Of a stretch of 64,000 bases of DNA, positions 12,801 to 27,800 are shown one piece after another. Position numbers and translations under genes: made by a program. Under the pieces are notes generated by a model. That model was not told the origin of the DNA, ran no database searches, and saw only the letters and a program-made list of their open reading frames with translations. The stretch is from contig OZ287751.1 of NCBI GenBank assembly GCA_965649765.1, positions 28,644,001-28,708,000 on the forward strand. The letters are read 5' to 3'. This DNA comes from Bispira polyomma. Its lineage: Eukaryota. Every line of letters begins with the position of its first letter. The stretch's first letter is position 1.

Positions 12801-15800
12801 TTGTGAAGCGGTTACTTCTAACCACTGGGGCCACCGTGGTCCTTTATCTGCTATACAGAAACACAGGCATAGTCTTTGTGCAGATTTGCTGACAGGATCT
12901 TGTCTATTATTTTTTTTTAGTAACTATGTGGTCATAGTTCCTTCAGTGGTTCGACCAGGTCGTACCCTGGACATTAGTGTTCAGGTGTTCAAGGAGGGTG
13001 TTCACCAGGTCAGTGCTAAAATGTTGTATGAGAATACGCGGGACAGATCCGTTGAGACTGTGGCAGAGAATTCTGGCTTTGTAGGTAAGCTGGGTTTTTT
13101 ATCAGCCTGATGTTTTTGTTCATTCTTACTGTGGCATTGTGCATGTTTAATGTGCCTTATTGATTGTGAGACATCTATTAAACAGTGGTACTGAATTTTA
13201 TAGTATTTAATGTTAACATAATAAAGTGCTATATTTTGAGAAATGTTATTTTATAACAGAAGTTAAGTAGTAGAAGTGTATGGAGTTTTATTAAAACATA
13301 TTTTGTTGACTGACTTTTCAATACACAGTATGGGTTGCAAAAGTCTTCCAATCTTTTTACAGCCTTATTTTTAATGTGGACAATACTTATAAAGGTATTA
13401 AATGTCCAAATACACATATAATTATCTTGGTAAAAGTGTCCAAAGTGTGCTAATTGTAAAGAAATGCGACACCTGAAAACGTTAGCTCATTCCCGTGCTA
13501 TGAATGCAAAATTAAGTGTAAGGATATTGTACATAATATTCATCACAGAGATTTTTTACTTGTGAGCAATATTCTCGAATAGTTGGTGGTCTAGTGAAAA
13601 AAAAACCAAAAAAACTTCATATTTATTATATAAACACCAAGTGGCACTACATTATGTAAACTTAGTGGAGTATGGGGGCCTTTAGGCCTGAGTACCCATT
13701 AAGTTTACATAATGTAAGTGCCACAAGGTGTTTATCTATTATATAACCCAACCCAACCAAAACAATATTTTTGAATGAAAATTTAAATCAAATTAAGAAT
13801 GCTTCTTTAAATATTTACTTTATTAAATGGTAGAAAAAAATGCTACCACTACATTATTTTGAACACTTCAATGGAAATGCGCCTTAGGTTTTATATAAGG
13901 AGAATTTCAAGGTATGGTGTAGTACTAAAGTTCTATGACTTAAGAATTGTAGGCTGGTGGCTTAAAACTATTTGCAAATCAAGCATCCATTTGATCAGTT
14001 ACTGAAGTTTTGTCTTAATATCAATATTTGGTTTTTATGCCAAGTTCTCCTCTGAGTCTACTTTATAAAATGTTAAAGACACAGATACCCTGAGTGATTT
14101 GACCCTGTAAGGTCATAGATATGGTGCCAAAGGTGAAGATAAAGTTTAGGGTAATTAGAGTTGGAAATAGTGGATTTTAAAAACCAAAAGGTCACTTAAA
14201 TGTCAAACTACATTAAAGTGTCTATGACCTCCACTGTGTACATTCAGCAAACCTTAAAGGTCAATTAGAGGTCAAACTATACTCAAATTGCCTGAGAACC
14301 AATGTTCCAATTCAAAATGACCAAGAGCTGTGGTAAACCAGATATTTTAAAAATGGAAGACACTAAGGTCACACTACACTTAAAGTGTCAAAGACCTAGT
14401 GTAACAAACATCACACTAAGGTCACATTGCACTCAAAGTGTCTTAGACTAAAGGAGAAGCCATTTCCTCAATATCATTTTTTGTAACCATTTTTGCAAGA
14501 TCACAAATGATGACAAATGAATACATTCCTCTTTCATAATATGTTGTGTATACATATGTATATATAACTAAAATTTGTTTTTATAAGGACACTAACTAAT
14601 TTTCACACAACACTGTTTCCTTTGAGGCATTAAATTCAAAAAATTACATTCTGCCAAATAGAAAACCACTAGAAGAACGTTTAAAGTTTAAAATTAGGTT
14701 ATAAAGCAAAACATGGCAACTGAAACTTGCATATAAAAATCATATTCTAGGCCCCATCGCTCTTTATTTTGTCAGTTAAGAATTAGTACCTTACCACTTG
14801 AAATTGAGTTTGTCAGACACTAGTATGTCAATTTTAATGACATAATTTGTAAACTTTGCAAGGACAGAATGAAATTTTGTAAACTTTGAATGTATAATAT
14901 AGAAGATGAAATGTACTTCTTTTGGTATTGAAAATTTGCTAGAAAATATCTAAACATTTGAATAAACTTAATTTGGGTTCATCACCATCAGTAATTTATT
15001 TATCAGTGTGGTAGATCACTCCAAATTAAATATATGAATTCTGTTTCAGAGTTATGGTCTGAAAGAAATTCTAAATTGTATAGTTACCTGATTTCGCCCT
15101 ATCAAAAATATTAAAACAGCAACCTCACTGTTTTAATCAGTGCACATCATTTTTTAACCGCAAGAGGTGTTAAAAACCGCTAGTAACACTACCACAGTAT
15201 TGTATTAATAGTAGTATTTCAGGTAATAGAAGTTCTATTGTACACATATACTTAAATACCGTAATTTCTGTAATAAATGCCCGGGGCTTTCCATTTTTCA
15301 AAAAAGGGTGGCATTTGTTAAAGGCGACAATGTTGATATGTGGTAGAGTAACATAGAGTAAGGAATCTAAAATTGGCCACTGTATCTGAAATTGGCCACC
15401 TAGAAAATGTTTTGTTTTTGGTAGAATTGTGGTAATATTTGCCTTAGTTACCCAATTCCAGTTATTTTTCGCCAGTTTTTATTGATTTAGCCTAAATTTT
15501 AGGGGTAGCAAATTTCAGATACAGTGGCCAATTGTAGATTTCTTACTCTATATTGGTAAAAATCATAGTAATATCATCATCATGTATTACACAGTTGAAC
15601 TATCCACAAACATCCAGATTCTTAAACATTATGGGTCAAATATAATTTACATGTAGACCTACATTATCATACAATGATCTAATGCAAGTCACCATTTTGA
15701 CATTTTAAAAACTGCCTGAAGGCGAGACATAGCGATTCCCATAATGCTTTGTGTAGTACCCGCTAAGATATTGGCATTTGGTGATCAAAAAAAAAATCTC

Positions 15801-18800
15801 AAAATGGGGGGGGGGTATTATTAGAGAGAGGGGCCTTTATTACAGAAAATATAGTATGTCGGATATTATAAAAAAAAATTTTAATATCTCACATGAAGCA
15901 GCTAGAACTATCATTAATACTGTCACATTATGACACAATTTTACACACAACATACAACACAATTTTACACAACATACACAAATTAATTAAAAAGTACAAT
16001 AACGGTGTTTCACGAGATACACAACTTACAAAATCACAATCACTACTAGTGTACTATCGGGTAAATGTTTTCTATATTTCACTTTAATAAAAATTTGATG
16101 TTTGGCAAATATGTAATCATTTTCAAATATACAGTAATTTATGTAAATAAATTGGCAAATAGTGCCAAATTCTGTTGGAATTGACTTTGTCGATTCATGT
16201 CAATACTCAAGCAATATAATTGTTCTTCATAATTTGTTTTAAGTCTCCTTTGTAATTCAATTAACTTGGCAAGGTAGCCTTTACTGCACATGTGAAGATA
16301 TAGTATTTAGTTGTTACTAACAAGGTATTAATTTGGATGAAGTTGTTGTTACTGTTTATATGACCTAGTATAATCTATGTCGGATATTATATCTTTGTTG
16401 TAACTATCTGATTTTTTTTTTGGCAGAGATGCAAGATATCATTACACTGGAGGTAAGTTTATTTATTTTACTTTAGTAATTAATAACACATATACAAAAC
16501 TAAAAAGCTATTGGGTAGAGTGCATACCTCACCCAAGGGATTAATACAGTGTCATAAGGGTGGGACAAATCCTGGATCTACACATCTGCACCGATATCAA
16601 CCTTATCATTTAATGGATTTGTCCTCGGCCCAACTCCTTCCACCATATTGCATGGAATTAGTTTAGTTGTTTTGTGTGTGTATAATTCTGAAGACAAACA
16701 AACGAACCAACTAACAGACATAGGCAAAAAATATAATATCCCTTAAGCAGAGGAAATAAGTGGTATTCAATATTTTCTCACAAAATGGTCAGGAATTCCT
16801 ATTAAAGAGTGAATTAAAGGGTAAGTATATTTACTTCTGTTGTATGGCAATACACATACCTTGCAAGCAAGATATATTATCTATTTAATAAAGGAAATTT
16901 CATCAGTTTATGATATAAATTTGAGCTCAATGCCTACTTTATATGACTTTATATGACTTTATATATTTTTTTTAAATATCTCAAAAGCTCCACAGAATTC
17001 CACTACATGGGATCCTTCCTAAATCTGTACTTGTTTTGGTAACCTTAGGGTACAAATTACTAGCTGTCACACCTTTTGAATCTAGGATAAAAGCAACAAG
17101 CCTGTATAATATGAATATATATTAGGGGATTAAGATTTTTTTTTCTAGATAATTGAAGGTTCATGAAAAAAAGAGGAGGCTTCTGTCGAAAACACTAGAA
17201 TCGGGATGTATTAAGGTTTTATGTCACTTTCAATGCCTTTGGTCTTATTGCGACAGCCAGATTTATGGGTGGAGTACTATATGTGTTGGAAACCACCGAT
17301 ATCTATGGCATTTTGGTACATCATGAAAGTTTCCTTCTTGAAGAAAAGGCAGTGGGTATTTAATCCCACATTCCTTAGACATGAGAGCTAGGCTGGAACA
17401 ATAGAAAGAATTACATTTGGGATAGTAGGAATGAATTTGTAAAATCAAATTTGGGACTCATATAAGTTCAAATAATAAATACATCAGCTTTAAATAAAGC
17501 TTGAGTAACTGAAGAATTCATTTTACTCTTAATATTAAGGTTTTCATTTTCTATACAACATAGAAGTTTGATCATGATCTCTGTTGCGCTATTATTTTTA
17601 TTATCTACCACTGTGATCAATAGTGGGTAACACACTTGCTTTGGGGAATGACAGTTTTTGGTGCTGGTTGGCTGTACTTGGGCAATCGAGAAAAGTATAA
17701 TTACCACTTCGAATATCAGATAAAGGTAGATCAATGTGCTGAGTACATAAAATGTGCAAATACCCTAAGATACACTGACTGCCTTTGTTGAGGCTTAAAT
17801 TTTCCATTTATTCTGTAGATACCTGAACAACTGACCGGGTCTCAGTATAGAGTCTATGTACAAATAACAGACCCTGAAGACAACATTTACTCAATGAATG
17901 CTACAGTGACTGCTGTGTTAAAAACACTTAGCATTTACCTGATCACTGACAAAGCCAAGTACAAGCCTGGTAGTCTAGGTAAGCTATTTGATATTTATAG
18001 GTTAGTGTTAAGAGTACAGTGATCCAAGGTCTCTAAAGTGGTGGTTCCACATTCAAGTATGATTGGCAAAATGGGCCCAATTTTGAAATCGGGGTGGTCG
18101 TGGCCAAAAAAAATCAATAATGTATTATTTTGAGTGGGAAAATGAAAGTGTGGGGCGACCGTCTAGATCGAACTGATTGCATTTCGTTTTGACAGGACAT
18201 CGACCATGATCGAACTTGAAGTCCGTATTTAAACAGCCCCGGCCTACCCAACCCAGGTAAGGATCAAACTTACTAGTGTTGGATTAGCTGTATCGCTCTA
18301 GGATCGAATTTACTGGCGATAGGATCGACTGTATCAGCGATAGGACCTGACAAATCTATACCTCTCTGTCTATCATGATCGTACTTGTAGTAATCAAGGT
18401 CAGGACTGCTATGGCAAAATAACTGACAAAGTGGTCTCACATTCTTCCAGACTGCTTCGTTCACCCCGTTTTCCCCCAAACTACACATATTACTAGGCCA
18501 GTGCTAGGACAGGCCTGGAGAGAGATAAAAACTATCAGACAGAACGTACCGACAATAAGATTGAACTTATTCGGCGATGCCGGCCTTCCCGGTTTTAGGG
18601 GTCCGGGAGCTAGTCCGGGGGACTTTTTGAAAATATTAAACATGTTGAATATCCTTCCCGACCACCACGTTCGCCTCGTTTTTGCTCCCGCACCTATATT
18701 AACTCACTCCAGACCTCAAAATCTAGAAGGTCGGGGACCAAATTGGCATAGTGGAACCACCATTTAAGGGACCGAGTAAAATAGAGTAGTTATTTGAGGC

Positions 18801-21800
18801 CCTGAAGAGACCGAGTAACTGTACCCATTTTTTTTTTAAAAAAAAGGGTGCCAAAAGGATTTTAACCTAATAGTACTGTTGTACCAGTTACAATCTGTTT
18901 TACTTAAAAAATATATATGTGTCTTTTAAGTCAGTCCTTTTTTGGTTCTCTTTAATGATCTGAATAAGTGTAAAAAAAGACGTATGCACTTATACTTTTC
19001 AACCTTTTCGTCATATGTCCTATGTCTGGTGAGTTTAAGCTTTAGAGAATGGTTAATTTATTTTGACACGTTACAAATCCTTTAAGTTATTAAGTATTAT
19101 TATTATTATTTTCAGTACAACTGAGAGCAATGGCTGTGTATTCTGATCTTCTGCCTTACACCGGAAATCTGGACATTATCATCACGGTATATACTTTTTA
19201 TGAACAGTAGACTCTGTATAAATATGTATAAACGTGTCCAATATACACAGGATTTGGTTTTATTAGTATAGTTAACTTCTTCCTAATTTAAAACTAAAAT
19301 TTTGGAATGTTGGGACAAGAAAATTGGTTCCAGTTACCGTAAATTTTGTATGGTATTGCCAAGAGTTAAAAACTTGGGACCTTCTGATCACCAGACCAAC
19401 TCCCTAACTACTAGGCCACATGAAGATAAAGTTTCATAACATTTAGTCAGTGTACTTAACCGTTATATTAGATCAATATGTGATCAAACAGATGACCTAA
19501 AAATAAAATATTTTAGCAAAAGTCAGATTTTGGTTAATCTCTTAATGTTGATCCTTTTTTTTGTTCCTTATTTACAATTATTTAATTCTGGTTAAAATGT
19601 TGTCTTAGTGCCTTATTGTTTGTTATAACAAAAACAAGAGCTGAAAAATTTGAAAATAATAACCAAGATATGCTTCTGTTACCTTGACAAAGGATTACAG
19701 TAATATTTTTTGACAAAATTTTGTATCTTAATAACCAAGGCACTGGATAAATAGGAAGTACATATTCTAATGCTAAATCCTGATAAAACATACTATAGTA
19801 GGGTAGACGTAATGTCTTGGAATCATAAAGCAGCTGGTCTGATGAGCAGAAGGTCCCCTGGTCTATTCCTGGTACCGGCCACTAGTTTTATTGGTGAGAT
19901 AACATCATTGGGCAAGATGTGTACACACGTTTGCCTAGCGGCTTGGATTACCACTTAAAATGGCAGTCATCTGTCACTGGGTCCTATCCCCAGTGGCAGG
20001 ATAAAGATTCTTGGGAACGTTGATTATTGATCATCCTCAAGCCTCTCTCTTCAGTTAGGAAATGACAGTAGCTGAGGCAGTTGACTGTTGCAGTCAGTAA
20101 AGGGTTTGCAGTGTAAACTAAGGTGATATCAGGCTGATTAGGGTGATATCAGGCTCTATCTAAACCAACATTTACATGCACATATTGCTAGAGCTTTACA
20201 TTCATATTTGTATTCCTTAGGATCCCAACAAAAGCCGTATAAAGCAGTGGTTAGAAGTGAATGAGAGTTCGGGGGTGGTGAGCAGAGAACTCCAACTATC
20301 TGACCAGCCTGTCCTTGGTACATGGACCATTGAAGTCACCACAGCAACGGTATGAAGTCTCAAAACTCTACTTAATTAAATGGCCTACCTAACCTTTATA
20401 TTGATCCCTATATTTATTGATGTATTTCAAATCGTACTCTGGGTACATTTAAAAATACCAAAGTATCATAAACAACAAAAAACAAAAATATTTCAGTTTA
20501 AGATATATAAAACACTACAGCATTTAGCTTTAATTTATTCAAAGGTCTTCTTCTAGCATACAGGACTCTTATTTCAGCCCAATTAAATTTTGTATTATTT
20601 AAACCCCTTATATATTAGACTAAGTAAGTGCTGAATATTAACCACTTTAATTTTGTGGCCTAGTGAGTAACACTCGCTTAAAACGATTTCAGCTTAGGAT
20701 GACCAGATACTGTGAAGCAGATACAATGTGGCTCTGATAATCACTTAAAATGACGGTCATTCGGTCCTTTTTTTTTCTAGTGGAAGTCTAAAGATCCTTA
20801 GGGACGGACATTGATCGATCGTCATTAATTTTTAAAATAAAGTATACTGTTTTAATCGGGTATCCGGTTACCCAAATATTTGGATAGCAGTGTAATAAGT
20901 GACAAACTTAAAGGCCCTCAGGGACCTACTGGTATCAGTAGTTCTTTTACATATCTGTGATACAATTAACTTTCCAAATAAATCCTTTAAAAGTAAATAA
21001 TTATTTATTACAGAGAGAAAAGAAAAGCCTGCAATTTACAGTGCTTGAATATGGTCAGTATTTCTTTCTTTTTTATTTAATTTACTTCTTGGTTGTTTAC
21101 AAATTTTCATATTTTTTCCAATCTTCCGAATGAACATTAAACTTTATTAGACATCACATAACTACAATTTCTAGTGTTTACTGGGTTTTTTTTGTGAAAA
21201 ATTACATTACTGAAAGAACTATATCCACTGGGTATCAAGTACACTGCAGACAAAATTAGTCTATTTCCGTCTATGTGTATACAGTTATATTTACCGTAGC
21301 GTACAAAATTAGTACAAGTAGCATATATTTGTGTATTAAAAGTGAAATTGTCACTAATATAAGCCCATAGGGGCTGGAAACTCTGGTTTTGTTAATGTTC
21401 TTTGTTATCAATATATTGATGTTCTAGTGTGACAGAAATAAACGAATAAACTATATCACTTATCACTTCGACTTTCCCTCCACAAACCAAGAGTATATCT
21501 AATCTAATCTAACTTTTATAGCGCTTAATCTCTCCTTCTTAGGAGATTCTAAGGTGCAGGACAGCATCCTTATTCAATTTTCATTTCCGTTAGACAAGCA
21601 TGGGTCAGCACCATGGAGACGCCGGTTGAATTTAGGGCTATGGTGGAAAAACCTTGTCGAATAGGTAGGTTTTGAGTTTTTTTGAGGATTTGAGTGAGGT
21701 TGCACAACGAATTTCGGCAGGTAGTTCATTCCAAAGTGTTGGAGCATCATGGGCAAAGCTATTGTTAAACTGATGTTTAGATTTGTGTACTGCTGAGATA

Positions 21801-24800
21801 AATCTTGGAACAGTCAGGTAACCTTTTTCCAGTCTGCTCCTTCTGGTATTATGACTGCATGTGTAAAGTGTGAGGTATGGATTCCAGTATGCTGAAAGGT
21901 CATAATTTAAGAATTTGTAGACTAAGGTAGCTGTTTTGAACATACATCTAAACTCAATGGGTAACCGGTGGAGATTTCTTCAAACAGGAGTAACACGGGA
22001 GTACTTAGAATGGTTGGCCACCAGTCTGGCTAACGATTTTTGGATTTATTGCAACTTACGGATGTCAGCCTTGAATAAACTTCTATAAAGAGAATTACAG
22101 TAGTCAAGACGACTTGTAACCAGGGCATTTGCAACTATAGTAGCAGTACTGGCTGACAAATAGCGCCTAACCCTTCTTAGATCCCTCATTTGGATGAAGC
22201 AAAACTTGCAAACTTTATGAACTTGTTTGAAGAAGGAAAACATAGAATCAAACCACACCCCCAGGTTCTTGACAGCACTTGCAGGGTACACCATGTTTCC
22301 TAAAATATTGACTGGGAAAAAATCCTTCAATCTATCAGCCTGTGCTCTTGCTCCGAATAGTATAAACTCAGTCTTATCCGGGTTTAATTTAAGCTTGTTG
22401 GCAAACATCCATTTTTGAACATCACTGAGACAACTTTTTAGACTGTCGAGAGCAGTTGTGGCATTTTTATATGAGAGATGAGCATACAACTGTGTGTCAT
22501 CAGCATAAAAGTGGTACTTGATATTGCTATGTTTGCTGACGATATAGCTGAGCGGAGTAGTGTACAAAGAAAACAAGATTGGGCCCAGAAGTGACCCTTG
22601 TGGAACACTAAACTCAAGCCTCAACAACGCTGACAGAGTGGAGCCTATTTTGACAGACTGAAATCGATTTGAGAGATATGAAGTAAACCATTCGAGAACT
22701 GTACCATGAAAGCCGAACCAGGACGATAAGTATTTGATCAAGGTAGTATGATCGATAGTATCGAAACCTGCCGACAGGTCGAGGAGGACTAGTGCTGTAG
22801 GTTCACCTTTTGAAAGAGATATATGTACTTCATTTTTGATGGATAGATGGGCTGTTTCAGTGGAATGGCCCTGTTTATAAGCAGACTGCAGTAGATTTAT
22901 ATCTGTCTATAGTAATTACAATTATAAGTTTTTATAACCATACTGTATCCACTGTTTTTCAGTTCTTCCCAAATTTGACGTGAAGTTAAGCCTGCCAAGT
23001 TATATGTGGTCTGAGGACAAGAGTTTGACAGTAGGAGTGAAGGCCATGTAAGTGTAATTTGTAGTATTACCTCTGCAAAAGAGGTTATGTTTTTACCCCT
23101 GTCTATTTGTTTGTTTGTTAAAAGGATTTCACAAAAAAAGCACTAAAACAATTTTTAATAAACTGTGTAAGTTTTACTAAAGATCCGGATAAAGCTAAGT
23201 AATGTAATGGTCCAGATAGTCTGAGCTGCTTTAGTGTTTACATTGTTGATTTTTCTAGTATGCACTCTGTGTGCTGGATATTATATAATGTACTCATACT
23301 ATTACAGCAAGTACTGACAGAGTAATATTCTGTACTTTAATGAATAATTTCATATAGGTATATCTAAAACGGCAAAACCTACTGGAAATGGGTGTTTTGC
23401 TCAAATACATTGTTATTCAGGAGCATTTATTACTGGTTTTGTTGCATTTGAGTTAAAAATCAAGTTTAACTATTAAACCTAAAACTGTGCTTAAAAACTA
23501 TGATTGATACACTGTTTTCCTACTGGTGGCTGATTGCAAAAATCTTAGCAAACAAACTTATCTTTATTCCAAAGAAAAGAATCACTGATCGTGGAATAAT
23601 TTATATGCAGAGTCCCATAGCTAAAACGTGGAATCCAAATAACTTTTTTTTAAATCCTATTTTGAAATTGTTGCTTAGCCTTGCATATGTCAGTATACAC
23701 ATATTATATATATATACTTCCATTGCTAAGCATGCTTTACATTGTTTTTACTACAAAATTAAAAACATGGTACATATAATATACTCAGAAGCCTTTAAAT
23801 CATGATCTCTGAAGACGGACTAATCAGTGGCTGAAACCCAAGCGGTATGCATTGCCATTGAAGTGTCACAAAGAATGGTAGCAAAGAATGTAGTGGTAGT
23901 GTTATTACTACCATTAATTAAAGTAAATATTTAAAGTCGCATTCTTAAGGTAATTATTTTTACACTTCATTCAATAATGGTATTTTAGTTGAGTTTCACA
24001 ATAGATGAACACCTCGTGGCACTTAGTCATTATATAAACTTAACGGGTACTTGGACCTAAAGGCCGTCGCACACCATTATAAGTTTACATAATTGGTGTT
24101 TATCTATATGATGTATAACCAAGCCTTAAAGAGGTATTGTATTTCATAATATACAGGTATACATTTGGTCAACCAGTCAAAGGCCAGGCGGATGTCATGA
24201 TCAAGCTACAAACCTATAGTTCTTACCAGACAGAGATGTACGACTTGCCAACAATACATAGGACCATTGAAGTAAGAATTGAACACAGAGGAATTAAGCC
24301 TCTCATTTATTGGACAGTAGAACCCCTGTTATCTGAACATCTTGAAAGAGCCACATTTTGTTTGGATAATAGAAGATTTCTGTAAAAGTAAAAGAGGCAT
24401 GATTTCTGTATAAAACAACAGGCAAACCAAAATTTGAGAAAGTGAAAATAAGTTCATAGAATTGAATATTCGGATGATAAAAGTTCAGATAATAGAGTTT
24501 CTACTGTAGAAATAAAGTTCAAGGGCAAGGACTTTATTGGCGAAGAAAGGACTGATTTACGGCGGAATAATGGACAAGGGCTGGCAGGCCTGAGTCCATT
24601 ATGCCGGAAGACTGTCTGTTATTCGACAATAAAGTAGAAGCCTGTGTACTTTATTTCTATTGGAAAGACTGACAACAGTATATTTTAAAGCAAATAATAA
24701 GATATAAGATATTTTCCAAGTTACTGTGAACTATTTTTGTAGCTACTGACGGAACTATTTATCCGTGATCTGTTCTTCCAGATAAAGTACTGTTACGGAC

Positions 24801-27800
24801 GGCTTTTGTGTTCGATGCGCACTTCCGGTCTTTCTAATGTACTATATGGTACTTGTGCAACAGAGGATACATTTTATTTGTTATCATCTGTGTTATGGCT
24901 GGAACATCATGTATGAATTATTGAAACTAAGGCTGTGCTGCTGAAGTAATAACACTGTAATTTACTCAGTGTTTAATTATTCCCAAATGAATAAAAAGCT
25001 ATTTTTGGTCAACACAAGTCTTTATGTGCATACGTTTTACATTGTAATACAGTAATCGTACATTGCAGTTAAAAAGTTTTTTGGGGGTAAATTAATAAAA
25101 ACTGGACAACATGCAAGTAGTACATTCTAAAGGTACAAATTAAATGGAAACAAAATTACACAATAAAGTAGGGAAGTTGAACTATCTTAGGAAAAGGAAA
25201 AATTGGTAAAATATGAAATTAAAATGATTATGATTTCAGAAGCTCATAAAATTGAGATGGACAATTTTAAATCTGCACATTTAAATTAAGTTTTACATTT
25301 AGTTTGTAGTTTAGATATACAGTGGAACCTCTATTATCTGACCATATAGGGAGAGTGAGATTTGTTTGAATAATAGAAGGTCGGTAAAACAGAAGGGGCA
25401 TTTTAGTATAAAACCATAGCAAAAAATAAGTTTGGGAGAATGAAATTGAGTTCGTAAAATTGAATGGTCGGATATTAGAGGGTCGGATAATAGAGGTTCT
25501 ACTGTATATGAATATATTATTGATCTAAAGTAATGTTAATGTGTTAAAAAATGAGTTATAAGAACATACAGTATTGAACCTGTATTATCCGAACAAGGGA
25601 AAGCAAGGTTTTGTTAGGACAATAAAATGTTCATAAAATATGAGACGTATGTCTGTATAAATCAAAAAGGAAAAAATAAATTGGTCAGACTGACAAGAAT
25701 TAGGAGTTCATCAAATCGAATATATGGCTGCCATAAGTTCGGATAATAGACGTTCTAATGTAATACCGCTATAATTTTTGTGTAGACTTTTCTGCACTTG
25801 TGGTCTCCATTGGAGTTAGACTGATGTGATGAGAAAGTCCTGGGCCCGTATTGACAAAGGGACTTAGCCAGGTCTTAGGCTTAAATCAGTATACTTTTGT
25901 GCTAGATTTAAGCCTAAGACCTGGCTAAGTCCCTTCGTGAATATGGGCCCCAGGTTTGACTCCCAGTTAGGGTAGTTGTTCTGGTGATCACAAGGTCCCT
26001 GGCTAAACTTACACTAATAGTGCTGGTTCATTGGTGGGATAACATGCTTAGGCAAGTTGTAAACACGCCACAATTGCCTACAGATGATGACCCAGGCTAT
26101 GTTGTAGAACTATCTATTTTCAGAGAACAATCACCTATCACAGGATAGTCTATAAATAGGGAGATATATATATAACTGCTGCAATACTACTACTACTGTT
26201 GATAATAATAATTATTATGTCTATTTTACAGCTTGAGAAAGGTAAAGCTATGGTCATCTTGACCACAGAAGAACTGGTTAGTTTGGCAGGTACAACAAAG
26301 TGTTACTCATCTATGTGTTATTCAGACCAAGTGTGTGTCAGAGACTACGCGTTAATGGAGAACCTCCTGGCGTAAGTACAGACTTATGGGACAAATAGCT
26401 TTCACATTTAAGGTTTATAAGTCCCCCCGACAATCATTTTATACACACTGGGAAGATGGCCAAACATTGATCAGATACAGTAAATGTGTGTGTGTAGGTT
26501 TATAGAGTAAGGAATCGAAAATTTCACACTGTATCTCAAATTATCCATCCCTAAAATTTAAGCCAAATCAATAAAAACTGGCGAAAAATAAGGCAAGTTA
26601 AAGGTAAAATAGTCACAAAATTCTCAATTTCAGCAAATATTACCAACAATTCTACCACATTTTGTTGGTGGCTAATTTCAGATATAGTGGCAAATTTTAG
26701 ATTCCTTACTCTAGTGTCTGGCTGTCTCTCCTGATGAAGTCTCATCACACTGTACAATGTTTACCCCCAGCCTTGATTCCTCCACTTTATCAACCAATGG
26801 TTCACTCTCAGCTGCCACATATGACACAAAGACTAAGTTAAAATGCCATAGGTGAATCCGGTACCCATTAATACATGTAAATCGTCTGATATCACCTCTA
26901 TTGAGGTCAGCCGACTTTACAGTTGATACCCCCAGCCTGGGTTCTTTTGCTTTTCAACCAATTGTTCAGTCTCAGCTCCCTCAGGAAGCATACTAGCTGT
27001 GCCGCCACATTCGGCGCACAATGGCTAACACCCATTAGTGCCCAGGTACACCTAGGTAGAGAGGGACAATTTTGTGTAAAGCACCTTGTCCAAGGGTACA
27101 ATCTCCAGGCCTGCAGCGAGGATCGAACCAGGCCTCTCAGATCCAAAGTCCGACACTCTAACCGCTAGGCGACAGAGACAAGACTACATCTGGTTGTCTT
27201 GCATGAAAAGTGGTTTTCGATATTATGTAGATCGTAAGTTGTCAAGTGCATAAATGTATCTGTAAAAATTGATATATGATTTATTTAATATAACAAATTT
27301 TGCAAAATAAAAGATGTTACAAAATGAAAAAACAAATAGTAAATGTTTAGTAAATGTAAATTATTTATGTATATTTTGTTCCAATCGAAACACAGTGACT
27401 TCTATGTTTGTAATGCAGACATCGCACTATTCTTGTGAGTGCTGTTGTCAAGGAGACATTAACTGGCAAGAATTACACAACAGATGGCTCCGTTTCCTTT
27501 GTAAGATACCCCTATGTTGTCTCATTCATGGATTTTACCCCCACAACTTTCAAGACTGGTCTGCTTTGGTCCGGAATGGTAAGATTGCACAGCATCCCTA
27601 TATATCCTTATACACATACTTAGCCAATGTAAGCCAATCAAATTGCATTTTACATTTTATTTTCAGCCAATGAAAAATCTTGTAAAATCACATATGAAAA
27701 TCAAGTAATATTACAATTGTACAAACTTAAGGTACAATGCACAAATCATCCTATTATTATAGAATTCTATTACAAGTGTTATAGTGTAAAATATGTGGTG

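Noticed and set aside
22046-22741. Active reverse transcriptase linked to diversification of the TEP
   Set aside because: Ordinary 5'-truncated L2-type LINE with stop codons and no endonuclease domain; no sequence relation to the echoes.
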